DNA of 64,000 nt, from positions 77,314,001-77,378,000 of the forward strand of contig OX597827.1 of NCBI GenBank assembly GCA_951406725.2. The letters are read 5' to 3'. The stretch is from Octopus vulgaris (Eukaryota). This document shows, one piece after another, positions 49,283-63,108 of the stretch. Below the pieces are notes generated by a model. It did no database searches. It saw only the letters and a list, made by a program, of their open reading frames with translations, and was not told where the DNA came from. The translations under genes and the position numbers were made by a program. Position 1 is the first letter of the stretch. The number at the start of each line of letters is the position of its first letter.

Positions 49283-50048
49283 GTTGCCATGGCAACCAGT
49301 CATGTGGCAATACACTTGTTGCCATAGCAACCAAATAGACAAGACAATGGCTGTCATAGCCACTAGCTACATAGTGTTATATTAGTTGCCATAGTAACCT
49401 AAATATACAACAATACGCAGGCTGCCTTAGCAACCAGTTTATAAAATCAGGATGTCACACAACTGCAGGGTGAACGGTTCATATCCTGTTAGCAGCAGTG
49501 TATAGTATCCTTCACTTAACTCTCACTGGCTGAATCCACTTAGTTGCTAATAGGTACCATGGGTAAGTAGGTTACACCTGCATCCTTACAGGAAGATTGC
49601 ATAACTATTGCGTGGTTTAGTTATCTGGCAGTGAGACAATGAATTGGGGAAGTTGTTGAAGTCTTGCCCAGAATACACTGTGGTACTGCTTTCAGATCTG
49701 TGGGTCTTGAGTTCAAATCACTCTGAGGTCAACATTGCCTTTCATTCCTTTGGATTTAATAAATTCAAAGTATCAGTCTAGTTTTGGGCCATTTTTCCTC
49801 CACCCAGCCTATCTTTCTTTCCTTCCCTACATCTCTCTCCTCACCACCCGTCTCTTTCCCTTCTCACCTGTCTCTCCCTCTCCTTTCTTGCTCTCTCTCT
49901 CTATGTATCTATCTCTCTTTCACCCCCCACCGCTACCACCGAAATTCAATCTCAGAGCAATGCAGATTGCCATGGCAACCAATCACACAGCAAAACTGAT
50001 CACCATGGCAATCAATCATAGAACAAAAATGCATGTTACCATGACAGG
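49283..50048. promoter_or_regulatory. Cluster of RFX X-box-like palindromes
   Basis: GTTGCCATGGCAAC 49283, GTTGCCATAGCAAC 49318, GTTGCCATAGTAAC 49385, GCTGCCTTAGCAAC 49421, ATTGCCATGGCAAC 49966; weaker copies at 49350, 49999 and 50035. Confidence 0.55.
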
Positions 50049-50520
50049 ACAATGACAACAACAAGAACAACAACTAATCAGCAATGCTTGGTCATTTGTC
50101 CTACTAGAAATAACAGCCAAATCTTCCTCAAAACAGGAAGGATACATCAAAAATTATAATATAGTCACAGCTTGAATGTCTTTTGATGGCTAAGACTGCT
50201 CCACCATATATATATATATATATGGGAGGGGGGGTTGTCTTGCAAGGTACTTGGTGCCCCTTTCAGTGCTGGTGTCACATAAAAAGCACTCAGGACACTC
50301 TGTAAAGTGGTTGGCATTAGGAAGGGCATCCAGCTGCAGAAGCCATACCAAAACAGACAACTGGACCCTTGTGTAGTTCCTGGCCTTGTTAGCTCCTGTC
50401 AAACTGTCCAACCCATCAACCCATGCCAGCATAGAAAATGGACATCAAATGATGATGATGATGATGATGATGATGATATACACACACACACACACACACA
50501 CATATCAATGGTGATTCCGG

Positions 50521-50800
50521 CACTCGGGCTGTTTGGGCTTAACCCCTGTATAAATTTAGTAAAGTGAACGTGCTTTTACAAGCTGATTTAATTTCTACGA
50601 ACACTGACTTCAAGTATGTAATAGCAGCCAATAACTCAGGATCCTTTTATTGAGCCTGGTTGCGGTTCATTAACTTTTGCTCACTGTCTGGTGGTCGTCT
50701 TAGAGGTGCCCTGTGTCAAAATATATCATTCGTAGCTGACGTTCTCTCGACATCGTTCACACGTGACTGACTCGGGGCTCAGAAGTTACAGCCCGAGTTG
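50521..50800. mobile_element. Possible MITE
   Basis: 11-bp inverted termini ACTCGGGCTGT / ACAGCCCGAGT. Confidence 0.3.
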
Positions 50801-51609
50801 TTATCTATAATCATAAAAATTTAATAGCAATTCAAATTTAATGTTTTCTAGAAGCAATAAATTTCTATAAAGATTAGGGTTTAAATTGCAATCTATGAAA
50901 AGATTCCGTTCTACAATATTTTTAAATGAACAAGCCTGGTAGGTGTAAAAGCCTAACTGGTATCTCTTGTCAAGAGTACAGGCAAAAGTGAGATCTCTGA
51001 TGTTTGTTGTGCACTCCACTGTCGTTATTTGATTGCTGTTATTCTGTGTGTCTGTGTCTGAAGACCATTTGTGTTTTGCAGGGTTGCTTTATTTTTACCC
51101 TTAACTTAGAAATGGAGAAAAACATAGTGCAGGATATAAAAAATAAGCCATTTGGGGCTAGAAATAAAGCAGAAAAACATGAAATTCTTTGAGCAGGCTT
51201 ATGTCTTATGCGAAATGTGTGATGAGCCCAAGTCATGCTGATGAAATATATATTTCTATATGTATATATGTATATATATATACATACAGAGAGAGGGGGA
51301 GAGAGAGAGGTAGACTGACAGACAGATAGATAATGTACTGTCTGGGTGTTTGTACCTCCTAGTCTTGCCATCACATGATCATTATAAACGACCATTATTC
51401 ATTTCCAGTCTTCCTCCAAAATATATCTGGTTATGGGAAAATATTACCTTGCTCGGAAACAGGTGAGGCTTGGCAACGGAAAGGGCATTCAGCCCTAGAA
51501 ATTCTGCCTAAGTATCTGCTCTCTTATTCGAGTAAGCAAGCATGGGAAAGTGGATGCTAAACTAATGATGCTGCTGCTAATGATGATGATGATACATATA
51601 CACAAGACA

Positions 51610-52180
51610 CATCATCACCATCATCATTTAACACCAATTTTTCCATGCTAGCATGGGTTGGATGGTTTGAAAGGAGTTGGCAAGGAGCTGACAGTTGCAC
51701 CAGGCTCCAGTTGTCTGTTTTGGCATGGTGTCTATAACTGGCTGAGTGCTTTGGCAAATGTCTTCAATTGTAGCCACTTGGCTACCAAATCCTTGCAGAC
51801 AGAAGCAGAAACGTATCTTGACCTGTTCATCCCAGTGTACCCCTCACCTCTGACATCATCATCATCATCATCATTGTTTAACACCCGTTTTCCATGCTAG
51901 CATGGGTTGGACTGTTCAACTGGGGTCTGGGAAGCCAGAAGGCTGCACCAGGCTCCAGTCTGATCTGGCAGTGTTTCTACAGCTGGATGTCCTTCCTAAC
52001 GCCAACCACTCTGCGAGTGTAGTGGGTGCTTTTTATGTGCCACTGGCACAGGTGCCAGGCGAGGCTGGAAACAGCCACGATCAGCTGGTGCTTTTTATGT
52101 ACCACTGGCACGGAAGCCAGTCAAGGTGGCGTTGGCATTGAGCACGTTCGGATGGTGCTTTTTACGTGCCACAAGCACGG
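51610..52180 (-). mobile_element. Two SINE family C copies
   Basis: (CAT)n-TTTAAC..CCATGCTAGCATGGGTTGGA starts; other copies at ~4500, 9628, 11080, 23260, 28605 and 50260. Confidence 0.75.
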
Positions 52181-52428
52181 ACACTGACTCTGTGTCCCCT
52201 ACAATTCAGCTCATCCCCCTACTTACCCCTCTAGCCATCCTCAATTCTCTGCCTTTGTTCTCTCTTTATCCACCTTTTTGTACTTTGAGGTAATATGCCG
52301 TAGAAACCATTCGTCCCACTTGGGAAACCTTGCTAAAGCAGACATTGGACACCAATATAGTCTTCTGGCTTGGTGGATCTTCTTAAACTGCCCAACTCCC
52401 ATGACCCCACCAAATACAGACTTTATAT

Positions 52429-53256
52429 CAGCAGTTCCCAAACTGGGCAATGCAGCCTCGCCTCCTGGGGGTGGTAGAAAGATCCAGGAGGGCATTGAAA
52501 AAAAGTAGGGCAATAATGGGGTGGCGGGGAGCTGGCAGAATCGTTAGCACACTGGGCGAAATGCTTGGTGGTATTTCGTCTGTCTCTACGTTCTGAGTTC
52601 AAGTTCCGCCGAGGTCGACTTTGCCTTTCATCCTTTCAGGGTCGATAAATTAAGTACCAGATATGCACTGGAGTCGATGTAATCGACTTAATCCCTTTGT
52701 CTGTCCTTGTTTGTCCCCTCTGTGTTTAGCCCCTTGTGGGCAATAAAAATTTTTTTTAAATAATGGAGTGGCCTAAAAGGGGGTGATGGATGTATAAAGA
52801 TGTTCCCAAATAATGGGTCAATTAGGTTAAGTTATATTTCTGAAATACAGTCGGTTTGAATTTAACTTGAACTGCTAGACTTGGGATCTCTCTTGCATCT
52901 TATTGTTTCCTCCTTCTTATGACCTTCTTATGAGAGGGATCATGGGTTCGAATCTCAGACCGGGCAATGTGTGTGTTTATGAGTGAAACACTTAAGCTCC
53001 ATGCAGCTCCGGCAGAAGGTAATGGCGAACTTCTGACTCTTTCGCTGCAACTTTCTCTCACTCTTTCCTCCAGCGTCTTGCAGCTCACCTGCGACGGACC
53101 GGCGTCCCATCAAGGTGGGGAACCTATACGCCAAGGAAACCGGCCCTTATGAGCCAGGCATGGCTTCGAGAAGGAATAAACATGAGAGGTGGTGGGGATC
53201 AGAATGTGGCCTGCATTTTGAGGGGGTAGCAGCCTGAAAAAGTTTGGGAACCACTG
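52429..53256. mobile_element. hAT non-autonomous element with nested SINE insertions
   Basis: TIRs CAGCAGTTCCCAAACT / AGTTTGGGAACCACTG; 8-bp TSD CTTTATAT/CTTTAAAT; SINEs inserted at ~52525-52747 and ~52935-53180. Confidence 0.7.
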
Positions 53257-53272
53257 CTTTAAATGATCATGA

Positions 53273-53308
<36 letters not shown>

Positions 53309-53736
53309 TATGGTGACAGTGCAGGGTTTAGTGGTTTAGATGTATTCGGTTCTTGATTGTAAGGTTGTAAGTTCGATTCCTGGTAGCGTTTTGTGTCCTT
53401 AAGCAAGACACTTTATTTTTCTTCGTTCCAGCCCACTCATGTGATTGAGAAGCAAATTTCCTACCACACACCCATACCTGTGCCTATCAATACACACACA
53501 CACACATCAAAGTACAGGTGAGGATATAAACCTCGAAGGGATAAAAATATCCAAGATTAGACTGGTTGAATATCTATCAATATAGGAACACACATAAATA
53601 ATATTTATATATATTATATTATTGACTGGCACCTGGCAGTTGCTGTTTCTACACAAATTCATCAATAGATCCAGGGAGATGACTGAATACTTTTGATTTT
53701 AAATATCCCCACAAGAAAAAATCACATTTCACCACC

Positions 53737-53961
53737 ATTCCAGAAGAAATCATCCATAGAGTTATCGATAACTTTCATGAACGTCTCCAACAATGCGTTG
53801 ACAATGATGGGAAGCATTTAGCTGATTTAATTTTTAAAACTTAATGAAATAAAATGGCATTATATGTACATTCAGAAAATAAAATTTTTCTTTTCATTAT
53901 TTCTTATATTGTGCTTTTATTAAGCCTCCAAATGTGTCAGATCATTTTGGTCCACCCTGTA
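53737..53961 (+). mobile_element. 3' fragment of a Tc1/mariner-superfamily transposon
   Basis: Encodes IPEEIIHRVIDNFHERLQQCVDNDGKHLADLIFKT*, then a terminal CCACCCTG-TA. Confidence 0.65.
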
Positions 53962-54548
53962 TATGACATAGGTGCAAGTGTGGCAATACGGTTAAAAAAA
54001 AGGTCATTTCCCAACCATAGGGTTTTGGGTTCAGTTCCATAACTCGGGCAAGTGCCTTCTATTACAGCCCCAGCTGCCACAAAGCATTGTGAGTGGATTT
54101 GATCGCTGGAAGTTGAAAGAAGTCCTTTGTATGTGGAACTTTTGTTGAGGTAGATTTTCTATGGCTGGGGGACCTTTCCTGTCACCAACCTTCATCTGTT
54201 TCCAACTAAGGTAATATTTCCCCAAGGCCAGGCATGTTTTCACGAAACATTGGAATTGAACGACACTGTTCTGCGATAGTGACAATTATTTACAACTGTT
54301 ATGCAATGTGAAGACATGGAGACACAAACACACACACATGCAGTTGTCTTCTTTCAGTTTTTGACTACCAAATCCACTCATAAGGTTTGGGTTGGCCCAG
54401 GGCTATAATAGAAAGAAGACGCTTGTGCAAAGTTGCCATGCAGTAGGATTGAACTCAGAACCAAATAGTTGGGAAGCAAACTACTTACCACTCAGCCACA
54501 CCTGAGCCTATATATGTATAGGTATGAGTGTGTGTGTGTGTGTGTATA

Positions 54549-54785
54549 CAGGGTGGCCCAAAAGTAGGTTTACAGTTATTCTACTTTCTCTTTCGCCTTC
54601 ATATATTAACAGTTTTGATCTTAATTATAAAAAAAAATATGAAACCATTATTCTATGTTAATTTAGTTAATTTTGTCAAGCTCCCTTTTCAGTTTTTAAG
54701 ATAGAAATTTAAATATAATAAAATGTTTTAAAATAAATTTAAAGTGCCTACATGATAACTGTAAACCTACTTTTGGGCCACCCTG
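54549..54785. mobile_element. Tc1/mariner-type MITE
   Basis: Perfect 31-bp TIR CAGGGTGGCCCAAAAGTAGGTTTACAGTTAT with TA on both flanks. Confidence 0.85.
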
Positions 54786-54806
54786 TATATATATATGGGT
54801 ATATAT

Positions 54807-55041
54807 ACTCTTTACTCTTTTACTCTTTTACTTGTTTCAGACATTTGACTGCGGCCATGCTGGAGCACCGCCTTTAATCGAGCAACTCGACCCCGGACTT
54901 ATTCTTTTGTAAGCCCAGTACTTATTCTATCGGTCTCTTTTGCCGAACCGCTAAGAAACGGGGACATAAACACACCAGCATCGGTTGTCAAGCAATGCTA
55001 GGGGGACAAACACAGACACACAAACATATACACACACATAC

Positions 55042-55074
<33 letters not shown>

Positions 55075-55240
55075 TACGACGGACTTCTTTCAGTTTCCGT
55101 CTACCAAATCCACTCACAAGGCTTTGGTCGGCCCGAGGCTATAGTAGAAGACACTTGCCCAAGGTTCCACGCAGTGGGACTGAACCTGGAACCATGTGGT
55201 TGGTAAACAAGCTACTTACCACACAGCCACTCCTGCGCCT
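54807..55240 (-). mobile_element. SINE family A
   Basis: Full-length copy; partial copies also at ~53970-54125 and ~54325-54510. Confidence 0.85.
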
Positions 55241-55439
55241 TACATATGTGTATAATATGTAATTATAAAGAAGATATATAAAAATTAAGTGTCTAAAAAG
55301 TCCATTTAGTAAACATGAGACTGCAAGTTCAGCCCCTAACCCTTACACGGTTACCTCAGTATGTTTTTGCTTCTGCACAGCCTTCGGTTGACTAATGCTT
55401 GACCGATAGAATTTGGTAGAGAAACCGTACAAGTCAATA

Positions 55440-56015
55440 ATCTGTCATCATCGTTATCATTTCACGTCCACTTTTCAACATTTACAGGATTCAGACAGAA
55501 TTTGTGGAGGCAGATTTTCTGTGGTCAGATGCCCCTCCCATCACCAACCTCCACCTCTTTCACCATCATTGTCATCATTGTTTAACATTCACTTTCCATG
55601 CTGGCATGGGTTGGATGGTTTGGTTGAGGACTGGCAAGCCAGGAGGCTGCACCAGGCTCCAATCTGATGTGGAAAGGTTTCTACAGCTGGATGCCTTTCC
55701 TAATGCTAACCACTCCAAGTGTAGTGGGTGCTTTTTATGTGCCACCAGCACGGGGGCCAGTCAGATGGCACCTGCATCAACCATGCTTGAATGGTGCTTT
55801 TTACATGCCATCGGCACAGGAGCCAGTCAAGTGGAACTGGTATCGACCATACTCAAATGTTTTTTTTTATGTGCCACCGGCACAGGAGCCACCCAGGCAG
55901 CACTGGCATCGAACACACTCAAATGCTTTTTATGTACCACTAGCATGGGGGCCAGTCAGGTAGCACTGGCATCGACCACACTCGAATGGTGCCTTTTATG
56001 TGTCACAGGCACTGA
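55440..56015 (-). mobile_element. SINE family C with internal tandem repeats
   Basis: Repeated TGCTTTTTATGTGCCACC..GCCAGTCAG units. Confidence 0.75.
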
Positions 56016-56229
56016 CATTGGCTGGGGGCACTATGGAAGGTAATATTTCCCCATGACTAGACATGATTTTCATAGAAGAATAGAAATAAACAACACCACC
56101 TGTATGACAGTGACACTTCTTTACAACCATCACATGATGTCAAGACAAAAAAGTACACACAAACACATATGCACACATGTAGAAATATAGGCAGATGGAC
56201 AGACTAAGATAGATAGATAGATAAATAGA

Positions 56230-56263
<34 letters not shown>

Positions 56264-56844
56264 CACAGATAGACAGATAAATACATGTGTATTAGTGTGG
56301 CAAGTAGTTTTCTTTTATATGATAAGGGTACTTAGCCATTTGATAAATGGATACCAGTCAAATAAGTACAACTATGAAATATCTACTGGGGTTGATATGA
56401 CTGACAAGGTACCCTTGAAAATGTGGTTCCTTACCAAGAACTGAAACATGTAATAAAATATTGCAGAATAGGGAGACAACTTAGTGGTGTATGTTTATAC
56501 ATAAATGTGTGTGTGTATATATATATATATATGTGTGTGTGTGTTTGTGTATATATATATGTGTGTGTGTGTGTGTGTATGTCAAAGGATGAAAGGTCTT
56601 TCCCACGCCATTGGCTCATAAGACCGGGTTCCCCAGATTTTGTGGTGTATATATTTCCCCCACTGGACGGGACACCGGTCTTTCACTGGTTTACTCATTT
56701 TTGCCAGCTGAGTGGACTGGGGCAGTGTGCAAGAACACAACGCACTGCCCCGGTGTCCTGGAATTAATCAAAAGCACAACTCCCTAACCGCTAAATCAGG
56801 CCCCTCAACATATATATACACACACACATATACATATATACACA

Positions 56845-56885
<41 letters not shown>

Positions 56886-56955
56886 CAAATAAGAAAATGG
56901 AGAGGATACAGAAATGACATACATCAGCTGGTAGACATTCTAGTATATGTGTGTG

Positions 56956-57017
<62 letters not shown>

Positions 57018-57761
57018 CACACACAAACATATACATATACATACATATATATCTATATATATGTATATATACATATATTTATATATACATACATATACAT
57101 ATGTATATATACATACATACATACATACATATATCTACATATGAATACATAAATATACATACATACATACATACATACACACATATAGACATATGCGTGC
57201 AGACCTTTATTATGCGTTATGGAAAAAGCGATAATGTTTTGAAACTGTCTTGAAATGGATATTATTGTGCATCGCCGAGGTGTGTTTTACGGAATGAGGG
57301 AGATCAGAGACAAGGTGGTAGGGGTGGGGCAACAGAAATCAATACCAATAGATTGAAACAAAATAAAGAAGAATGAAGTAATTAACAGTGCATGTGTTTC
57401 ATAATGGCAAAAATGACTGTACCAAAATACAACAATTCATTTGGGCACAGAGATTGAAATGTATAATGTCATATAACTACATATATAAAGCATACCCATC
57501 ATGTGTAATATATAATGTATACTTTAAATATAGAATATATATTAGATGGACATAAATTATATACATACATATGTATATCATATATAATATATATATAATA
57601 TATGATATACATATATATAACAAGATGTATACTATAAATATATAATATGTAGAAAAAAACTAATATTATGTATGAGTGTATACATATATGCAAACACATA
57701 TATAGATATTATACATATAGACACATACATGTATATACATATAATACATACATACATAAAC

Positions 57762-57797
<36 letters not shown>

Positions 57798-58549
57798 TCA
57801 TATACAGATATACATTTTATATGAGCGTTTAATCCTATTGAATGTTTTTTGGTCAAGAACCACAGTACTACACAAACATATATACACACATACACATGTG
57901 TATATGTATGTGTATATATATCTATCTATATATATATATACATACACACACACACATTCACGAATACACATACATATAGATACACAAATATACACATACC
58001 AAGTCCGTGGTGGAACCAGGCCTATACGAACCCCACATAAGCAGAAAAACTGCTTCGAATACGAGGTGGAGATATATTTATACACACACCACACACACAC
58101 AGACACACACCCGCATCATATACATCTAGATACACACATGTACACTTATATATTGATTTCTTTCTGACACACAAGGCTCCGTTATATATATACATATATA
58201 TATTAATAGACGTGTAGTTACCATATTCTTTGTTGAAATGTGTCTATAGATCTGAAATACTTATAGGTTATAATATAGTTTTTTGTTTGGTTTTTTTCAC
58301 GTGCGATTCTATGCTGATTATTTAAGCTAATTATTGTCACAGGAAATAATAATATTAATAATAAAAAAAAACGTCAATAACGACAAAATATTTTTTGCTT
58401 GGAAGAAATTCCTTAAAGTAAAATACATTCACCAGAACGATTCACAGAACCAAAAATATGAGTGAAAGAATATACCATATATATATATATATATACACAC
58501 ACACATGCATACATATATATGTATGTATGTATGTGTATGTATGTATGTA

Positions 58550-58583
<34 letters not shown>

Positions 58584-58603
58584 TGTAGGTATGTATGTAT
58601 ATA

Positions 58604-58634
<31 letters not shown>

Positions 58635-58848
58635 AGGGGGGGTATTTTACAGCAAAGAAGATATTTTAAGCAGACGGTTTAAAATCTTGTAACCTGGCGC
58701 CTTTGCCAATTTTACCACTTTGCAAACAGGGTGGGTACAAGCGATAAGATTTGGCGGGTATTGATGATCTTACACCTACCCGTTTCAATAAGCTTACTAT
58801 TTCCTCGCAATGACATCTTGCAACTACCCGATTATATACATACATACA

Positions 58849-58912
<64 letters not shown>

Positions 58913-58923
58913 ACCCGCTTATA

Positions 58924-58991
<68 letters not shown>

Positions 58992-59304
58992 CAGTGTGAA
59001 GAGGGGTCATGCCCATAGACTTTTTAATGTGCATGCATATATATATATAGATAGATATATAGATATATAGATAGATAGATAGATGCATACATACATACAT
59101 ACATACATGCATACATACATATGTGTGTGTGCGCGCGTGTATGTACAAAATAAAAATCGTCACATATTTTATATGCTTGTTCAATTGTATTTTTGTAAAT
59201 ATATAGATGGATATACAGAAATGGATCGATATGGATTATATACACACAAACATACATACATACGTACATACATATGCACAGCAAGACAGACAGACAGACA
59301 TATC

Positions 59305-59319
59305 GATAGATAGACAGAC

Positions 59320-59374
<55 letters not shown>

Positions 59375-59375
59375 C

Positions 59376-59431
<56 letters not shown>

Positions 59432-59457
59432 TGATAGATAGATAGATAGATAGATAT

Positions 59458-59489
<32 letters not shown>

Positions 59490-59498
59490 GTAGATAGA
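59305..59498. repeat. (GATA/GACA)n microsatellite
   Basis: Direct inspection. Confidence 0.95.
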
Positions 59499-60379
59499 TG
59501 AGTTAGGGATCGCCCCCTTCAGTTCACAGATTGACAGTCTTATATTGGCCGAAATAGCTGGGGTTCGCCGATCAAGGTGCATATATACGAGGCATGTGGT
59601 TTCCTCCTAGTGCATGTTTTTGTTATTGATTCAGGTTGGAACTTCGGGACGGAACTTTGCGATCCGATAGCGGCTTCACAAAGTTGTTGTCGGTTCACCC
59701 AGGGTGAAGATCGGAGAGGGTAAACAAAGTAAGGACGGCTGTTGCTGAAGCGGAGAAATGGGTGTGACTGACAGGGTGTGGCACTCGTCTACAGGAGACC
59801 CCTGTTTGTTTGTTTTTTGCACAACCTGGAACGTCACCTTACACCAGCGGGAGAACTTTGCTCGCAGACATTTCTAATTGAAAATGAACGGGGAATGAAG
59901 CATGCCGTTAATGGCCAAGGGTGGATAGAGTGAATGAAAACCATTCGACCGACCCCCACGGGACACATAAGAAGTAGAATTGACAAGCACGAAAAGAGAA
60001 ACGAATAAACAAGACTGAATTTGCTTTTTGGGGGTTTTTTTGCTTTTTTCCCCCCCTGAAATGCAGTTATTATAATAAGGGTGGAGATGATGGTGATAAT
60101 GATGGAATGATAACGACAATAATAGTGATGCTGCTGATTATGATGATGACGATTAGGGGGCTGGGAATGATGCTGATGATAGCGATGATGCTGATGATGA
60201 TAATGATGATGATGTTAATGATGACGATGATGATGATTGAAATGGTGATTATTTTTAAGAGCGGCGTCAACAAAAACATTGATGTCAGAGATAGTGTAAA
60301 GTGTTGTGGTTGTTGTTGGTGGTGTTGGTGGAGGCGATTGTAGCATTGATGATGATGATAGTGATGGAGATGGTGGAGG

Positions 60380-60560
60380 CGGTAGTGCGGCGGCGGCGGC
60401 GGCGACAGCGGCAATAGTTATTAATGAAAATTACTGTTAGTTACACCAACCTGATTAAATAGCGGCCGTATTGAGTGCATTCCTCCCTGACAGCGTATCT
60501 CCCTCTCTTTCTCTCTAGTGTGAAGTGTGCCTTAACTATTTAGACATAGACTGTGGGGGG
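60380..60560 (-). promoter_or_regulatory. CpG-rich putative promoter / first exon, possibly of ZNF gene 2
   Basis: (GGC)n and CpG-rich patch, with donor-like ATCAG|GTTGGT (exon end 60451) resembling the 26597 site. Confidence 0.3.
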
Positions 60561-60688
60561 AGGGGACTTCTCTCTCTCTCTCTCACTTTCTTTCTATATA
60601 TATATATATACATGTATATATATATATATATAGATTGATGCGCACAGTTGATGTCAAACAACCATATATAAATATTACATATATATAT

Positions 60689-60719
<31 letters not shown>

Positions 60720-61719
60720 GTAAATGTATGTGTATGTATGTCTAATGAGTGGGTAGAGGGGGAAAGAGAGAAAGAAAGAGGGCGAGAGAGAGAGAGATAT
60801 AAGGTGTGGGTAAAAGAAAGAGCGTGTGAGAGAAGGAGAGAGAAAAGAAAAGAGAGAGAAAGAGAGAGAGCGAGAGAGAGAGAGTGCTGAGCTGAGCAAG
60901 GTGCTTGGGTTGTTTGCGAAGTCGGGTCTCTCTCTTGGCTTGGCTTTTAGCAGCGTGGATTTTTTGTCTCTTTTCTTTTACTGACTTTTGTTAATTGTTA
61001 CTTTTGTTTTTGTTTTTTTTTACACTTTGGTTTTTTTTTTCCTTTCTTTCTATATATTTTTTCTTTTTTTAAAAAAAGGGCGCTGTTGGGCTGAACTAAC
61101 TATATAGACATCAACAGCCAAATGTCTGGAAAACTGCAAGGGGGAGATAAGGAGAAATCTACAAGACACACAGACAGACTTATATCAAGCTTTTTTTACA
61201 GCTTTTTTTACTTCTTTTTGTGTTTTTTTTTCACGTACATTTATTTACCATCAACATATATTTTTTAGGAATTTTCACTAATTTTCATTCTTCACCATTT
61301 TCCTACGCTTCTAATCGTCATCCGACCTCAACTCTGTCTTCCGATCCGAATTTAGCTTCGGTTTTCTAAAAAACAAACAAAACAAAAACCATTTAAAAAT
61401 GTCAGAAGCTTATTTTTTGACATGTTTTTGTTGTTGTTTTTTCCTCCGCCATTTATGTGTTTTTGTTTGTTTTTGACGTTCGTCTTACTCCGCCTCTCTC
61501 TCACTCTCTCTCTTTCCCTCTCTCTTTTACTCCGCCTCTCTCTCTCTCTCTCTCTCTCATGTCTCGCATTTATCTTTCTCCTCACGCTGGAGAGTTCCTT
61601 CTTGCAAGGGCCACAGGTTTCTAAGGAGATTTTTTTTTAGGGAAGAGGGAGGCGACGGCGATCTCGCTTATTTGTTTTGTTTTCTTTACGTTTTGTTTTC
61701 TTTCTGTTTTTCTGCAGAA

Positions 61720-62180
61720 ATGTCTGTGTATGTATATATATATGTATGTGTATGTATATATATATATGTCTGTGTATGTATATATATATATATGTCTGTG
61801 TATGTATATATATATATATATATATATGTCTGTGTATGTATATATATATGTATGTGTATGTATATGTTATATATATGTATGTGTATGTATATATATATGT
61901 ATGTGTATGTATATATATATGTATGTGTATGTATATATATATGTATGTGTATGTATATATATATATATATGTATGTGTATGTATATATATATGTATGTGT
62001 ATGTATATATATATATATGTCTGTGTATGTATATATATATATATATATGTCTGTGTATGTATATATATGTCTGTGTATGTATATATATATGTCTATGTAT
62101 ATATATATATATGTCTGTGTGTATATATATATATATGTCTGTGTATGTATATATATATATACATGTACGTATATATATAT
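61720..62180. repeat. Compound (TA)/(TATG) satellite with a TGTCTGTGTATG unit
   Basis: Direct inspection. Confidence 0.9.
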
Positions 62181-62421
62181 ATTATGTGTGCATTGGTGCG
62201 GTTGTATATATGTATATATATATATAAATGTGTGTGTGTCGGAGAGGAGTAATTATTGTGTGTTAATAAAGTAGCGAGTTTAATTAATATTATTTCTAGT
62301 TTCTCCTCCACTCCACCACTTTTTTAAAGATGCGAAGAAAAATAAAATATTCTCAAAAATTAAGAATCCTCTCCCTTCAAACATGAAATCAACGGTCTAT
62401 AAAGCGTGCTCAAATATACAT

Positions 62422-62463
<42 letters not shown>

Positions 62464-62558
62464 GCTTTATAGACCGATATGTGTGTATGGGTTACTATGT
62501 CTATGTGTCAATATATTTTGGTGAATGTACGTGAGGGAATGAAGTGTGTGTGTGCGTG

Positions 62559-62591
<33 letters not shown>

Positions 62592-63075
62592 ATATATTGT
62601 GTGTGTGTGTATGAAGACGAGTGACAGTGAAAGTATGTGTGAAGCGGTAGGGATGGTGGTGGTTACGATAATGACGGAGGTGAAGGATGGCGGCGGTGAT
62701 GATGGTGGTGGTGGTGGTGGCGGTGGCGATGATGGTTGTGGTGGTGGTGATGATGATGATGGTGGTGGTGGTGATGATGATGGTGGTGGTGATGCTGGTT
62801 GTGGTGGTGGTGGTGATGATGGTGGTGGTGGTGGTGATGGTGGTGGTGGTGGTAGCAGTTGTGACGACGTAGTAGTAAAGCCCCAGGTCAGCTTCGATCC
62901 AGTGAGATTTATTGTATTACGATCAAAGGCTTTCCAACCGTGACAACCACTTCCTGCTCGCCGACAATATAGTTTATGATAGTGATAGTGATGTGTGGGT
63001 GTGGATGTGCGGAGGAGATCGGATCAAATGTAGATACCACCTGGAACTTTGTTCCCATCTCCCATACATACCCTC

Positions 63076-63108
<33 letters not shown>

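Noticed and set aside
58670-58725. tRNA-like 5' half on the minus strand
   Set aside because: No T arm or acceptor-stem partner.
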